A stretch of DNA of 64,000 bases from Octopus bimaculoides. Its lineage: Eukaryota. Shown here piece after piece: positions 61,641-64,000 of the stretch. The notes beneath the pieces are model-generated. The model was not told the DNA's origin. It made no database searches and was given only the letters and a program-made list of their open reading frames with translations. The position numbers were made by a program, and so were the translations under genes. The stretch is taken from NCBI RefSeq assembly GCF_001194135.2, contig NC_068981.1, positions 38,231,727-38,295,726 on the forward strand, given 5' to 3'. Numbering within the stretch: the stretch's first letter is position 1; each line of letters starts with the position of its first letter.

Positions 61641-63690
61641 ATCTGTATTTTCAATGCTGCTATGTTACTGAACTCTAGCAGTGCCTGATCTCAATGAAGT
61701 CCCTAATCTCAATGAGGTTTAAATTCAGGACACAGGATGTAATCAAATGCAGCACAATGTATTGTTTTTCTGCTAAATCTGTTGATTCACTGCCCTTATG
61801 CATACTGAAAATAAGGCTGGATGTGTACTTAACCTATTTTTTTCAGGTATGAAAGAAACAACATAAAACAAAATATTTAATTTAAATCATTATTCTTGCA
61901 AATATTGAGACCAAATATTAAATTAATTATAATTAAACATTTGACTAATTTTGATTTAACGATTTTTGTTTTATTCTCAACTGTGTAACATAATTTATGA
62001 ATACATTAAGTAGAAAATTAAATTAAATTAATTCTGAAATTTTGGCTAATAGTGCAACAAAAAGCTTACTACATTTTTTTGTATATACAACTTTGAGCAA
62101 TGTGTGCTCTGCAAGCAAATAATTCTGAATGACATTCTTAACTTTTCTTGATACATTCTTTCAAGTTTTCACATACCAGCTAATAGTTGTTGGCATTTCG
62201 ATACCCATTTTTATTGTTGGTCTTTTCCCAGCTTATCTGATTTATGGGGCATTCAGTCCTATTTAACAGGTACCTGGCATCACCCCCTGTTCCTCTGGAA
62301 TATTATCTGACTAAGCTCCGTAAATTGTAAGGATTCAATTTCTTTTCTGTCTGTGTAAAGGAGATATCTCTGATATTCTCTAGGCATTGCTGTTTGCTAA
62401 AGATAAGACTTGATGGATATTTCTTTCAGTTTGCTTTTCCACTTCCTACTTGCTTTGTATCTTATTCTTTTCATGCACTGAAATTCTTTTCTATCATTTT
62501 TTTTCACTTTTTTTTTAACATCTACATTAATGCCTGGTCCTTTTTCCCTTTCAACTCTATTACTCACACAAGTAAACGATATTGATGTTCTGCCCACTTC
62601 AGATACTTTGACTCTTTTAACTTCCCTTTATAACTTACAACTAAGAATTGAATCAGACCTATATTCTCTGACTGTGTCAGCAACTCTAGTTGCTGTTTTA
62701 AGCATATATTATTGTACTACTAGTTATAATGTTGAATATTCGACATATAGAACTCAAGAAATAATAAACATTGTTAATCACTTTTAGATAAACAAAGTAT
62801 TTATAATATTTGCAACTTAAGAATGTTTACTGACTAATGGATTCTGAAAATGTAACAATAACTTATTTACTAATAATCTATTTCCTAAACATTTACTTTT
62901 ACTTTTAACAAATAAAGGTAAGCTGGATATAATTTGCACAAAATTTAATAAAATACCTTCTCCCTCTCTTACATTTCATACATTTTCTTTCTATGTTTTC
63001 AAGTAAAATACAAGCATAACCATATTTTCAGTAGGTAATCTGTCAATTATATTCTTAGAAATCTATGTTGAGAATTTTAATAATCCCTTGAGATATTAAT
63101 TATATTTATGTCTTCCTTTATGAAATGTTAATTGCATTAACATTTCTGCAGACATCCCTACCAAATTGAACTGAATATTCAAGAAGGCCAGAATTATTTG
63201 ATTAGCCCATAAATCCTTGAAAACCTGTTAAATAAACTGTTCCATCTAACTTAATGTTGTAAATATTATGCCTTTCTCTATAAACATCTCCACAAATACA
63301 CTTATACATCCACACATTTTGCTTTTTGAGTATGTTTCATACAAGCATATACAATTGTAGCAACCTCACAAACACAATATTTTCATATCAATATATAACA
63401 AATGCATATTTACAATCAAATAATTAATAGACCTTAAATATCTTCTTTTAAATAATTACAACTTAATTGTTTTGTTACAAAATATTATATTTGGGTGTTA
63501 AAATATATGCATTTCTCCAAATTTCTGTCACTTACAACTTCATTTGCCCAGTTTTATTGTTACAAAACCACTGCATGACAGATATTTGCATGCTTTTATG
63601 TCATTATCTATTTCTTCTTAAATGCTATAAGTCATGGAACCTTACTCCTTAACTGCTTTTCATCATTTGAAACAGTCTATTATATTAACT

Positions 63691-64000
63691 ATCATCATCA
63701 TCATCATCATCGTTTAACGTCCGCTTTCCATGCTAGCATGGGTTGGACGATTTGACTGAGGACTGGTGAAACCGGATGGCAACACCAGGCTCCAGTCTGA
63801 TTTGGCAGAGTTTCTACAGCTGGATGCCCTTCCTAACGCCAACCACTCAGAGAGTGTAGTGGGTGCTTTTACGTGTCACCCGCACGAAAACGGCCACGCT
63901 CGAAATGGTGTCTTTTATGTGCCACCCGCACAAGCCAGTCCAGGGGCACTGGCAACGATCTCGCTCGAAAATCCTACAGGAGCCAGTCAGGCGGTACTGG
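63691..64000 (-). mobile_element. Young RTE 3' UTR and tail, running off the window end
   Basis: Matches 10082-10390 with one visible substitution (GTCACC versus GTCTCC). Confidence 0.92.

Noticed and set aside
1-64000. CRISPR arrays, rRNA genes, prokaryotic operons or contamination
   Set aside because: There is no regular repeat-spacer array, no rRNA-like sequence and no gene-dense segment. All recognisable coding remnants are eukaryotic transposons.

Overview
Eukaryotic, very AT-rich, microsatellite-dense DNA from a gapped short-read assembly. N gaps are at 277-286, 2452-2695, 3173-3182, 8966-9421, 15788-15933, 22217-22262, 36414-36695 and 55770-56403, most flanked by (TA)n. The repeat landscape suggests an invertebrate, most likely an octopus or other coleoid cephalopod (inference, no search run). 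No host protein-coding gene, rRNA, true tRNA gene or CRISPR array could be supported. The window looks intronic or intergenic and is largely transposon debris: several RTE-clade LINE lineages (one with near-identical young copies), at least four Penelope-like element (PLE) fragments, one decayed Gypsy element, a solo LTR with a 5-bp TSD, two mariner fragments, a Tc1/mariner-type MITE and several modular tRNA-derived SINE families. The most notable signal is a family of type I hammerhead ribozyme motifs in PLE terminal repeats. Four copies are visible: an inverted pair at 20724-20792 and 22046-22113, and a free-standing ~190-bp palindrome at 27143-27334 made of two head-to-head hammerheads. The two subfamilies show compensatory base changes in three helical segments (stem I and the outer and inner parts of stem II). 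Most ORFs in the supplied track are microsatellite, gap or antisense artefacts.
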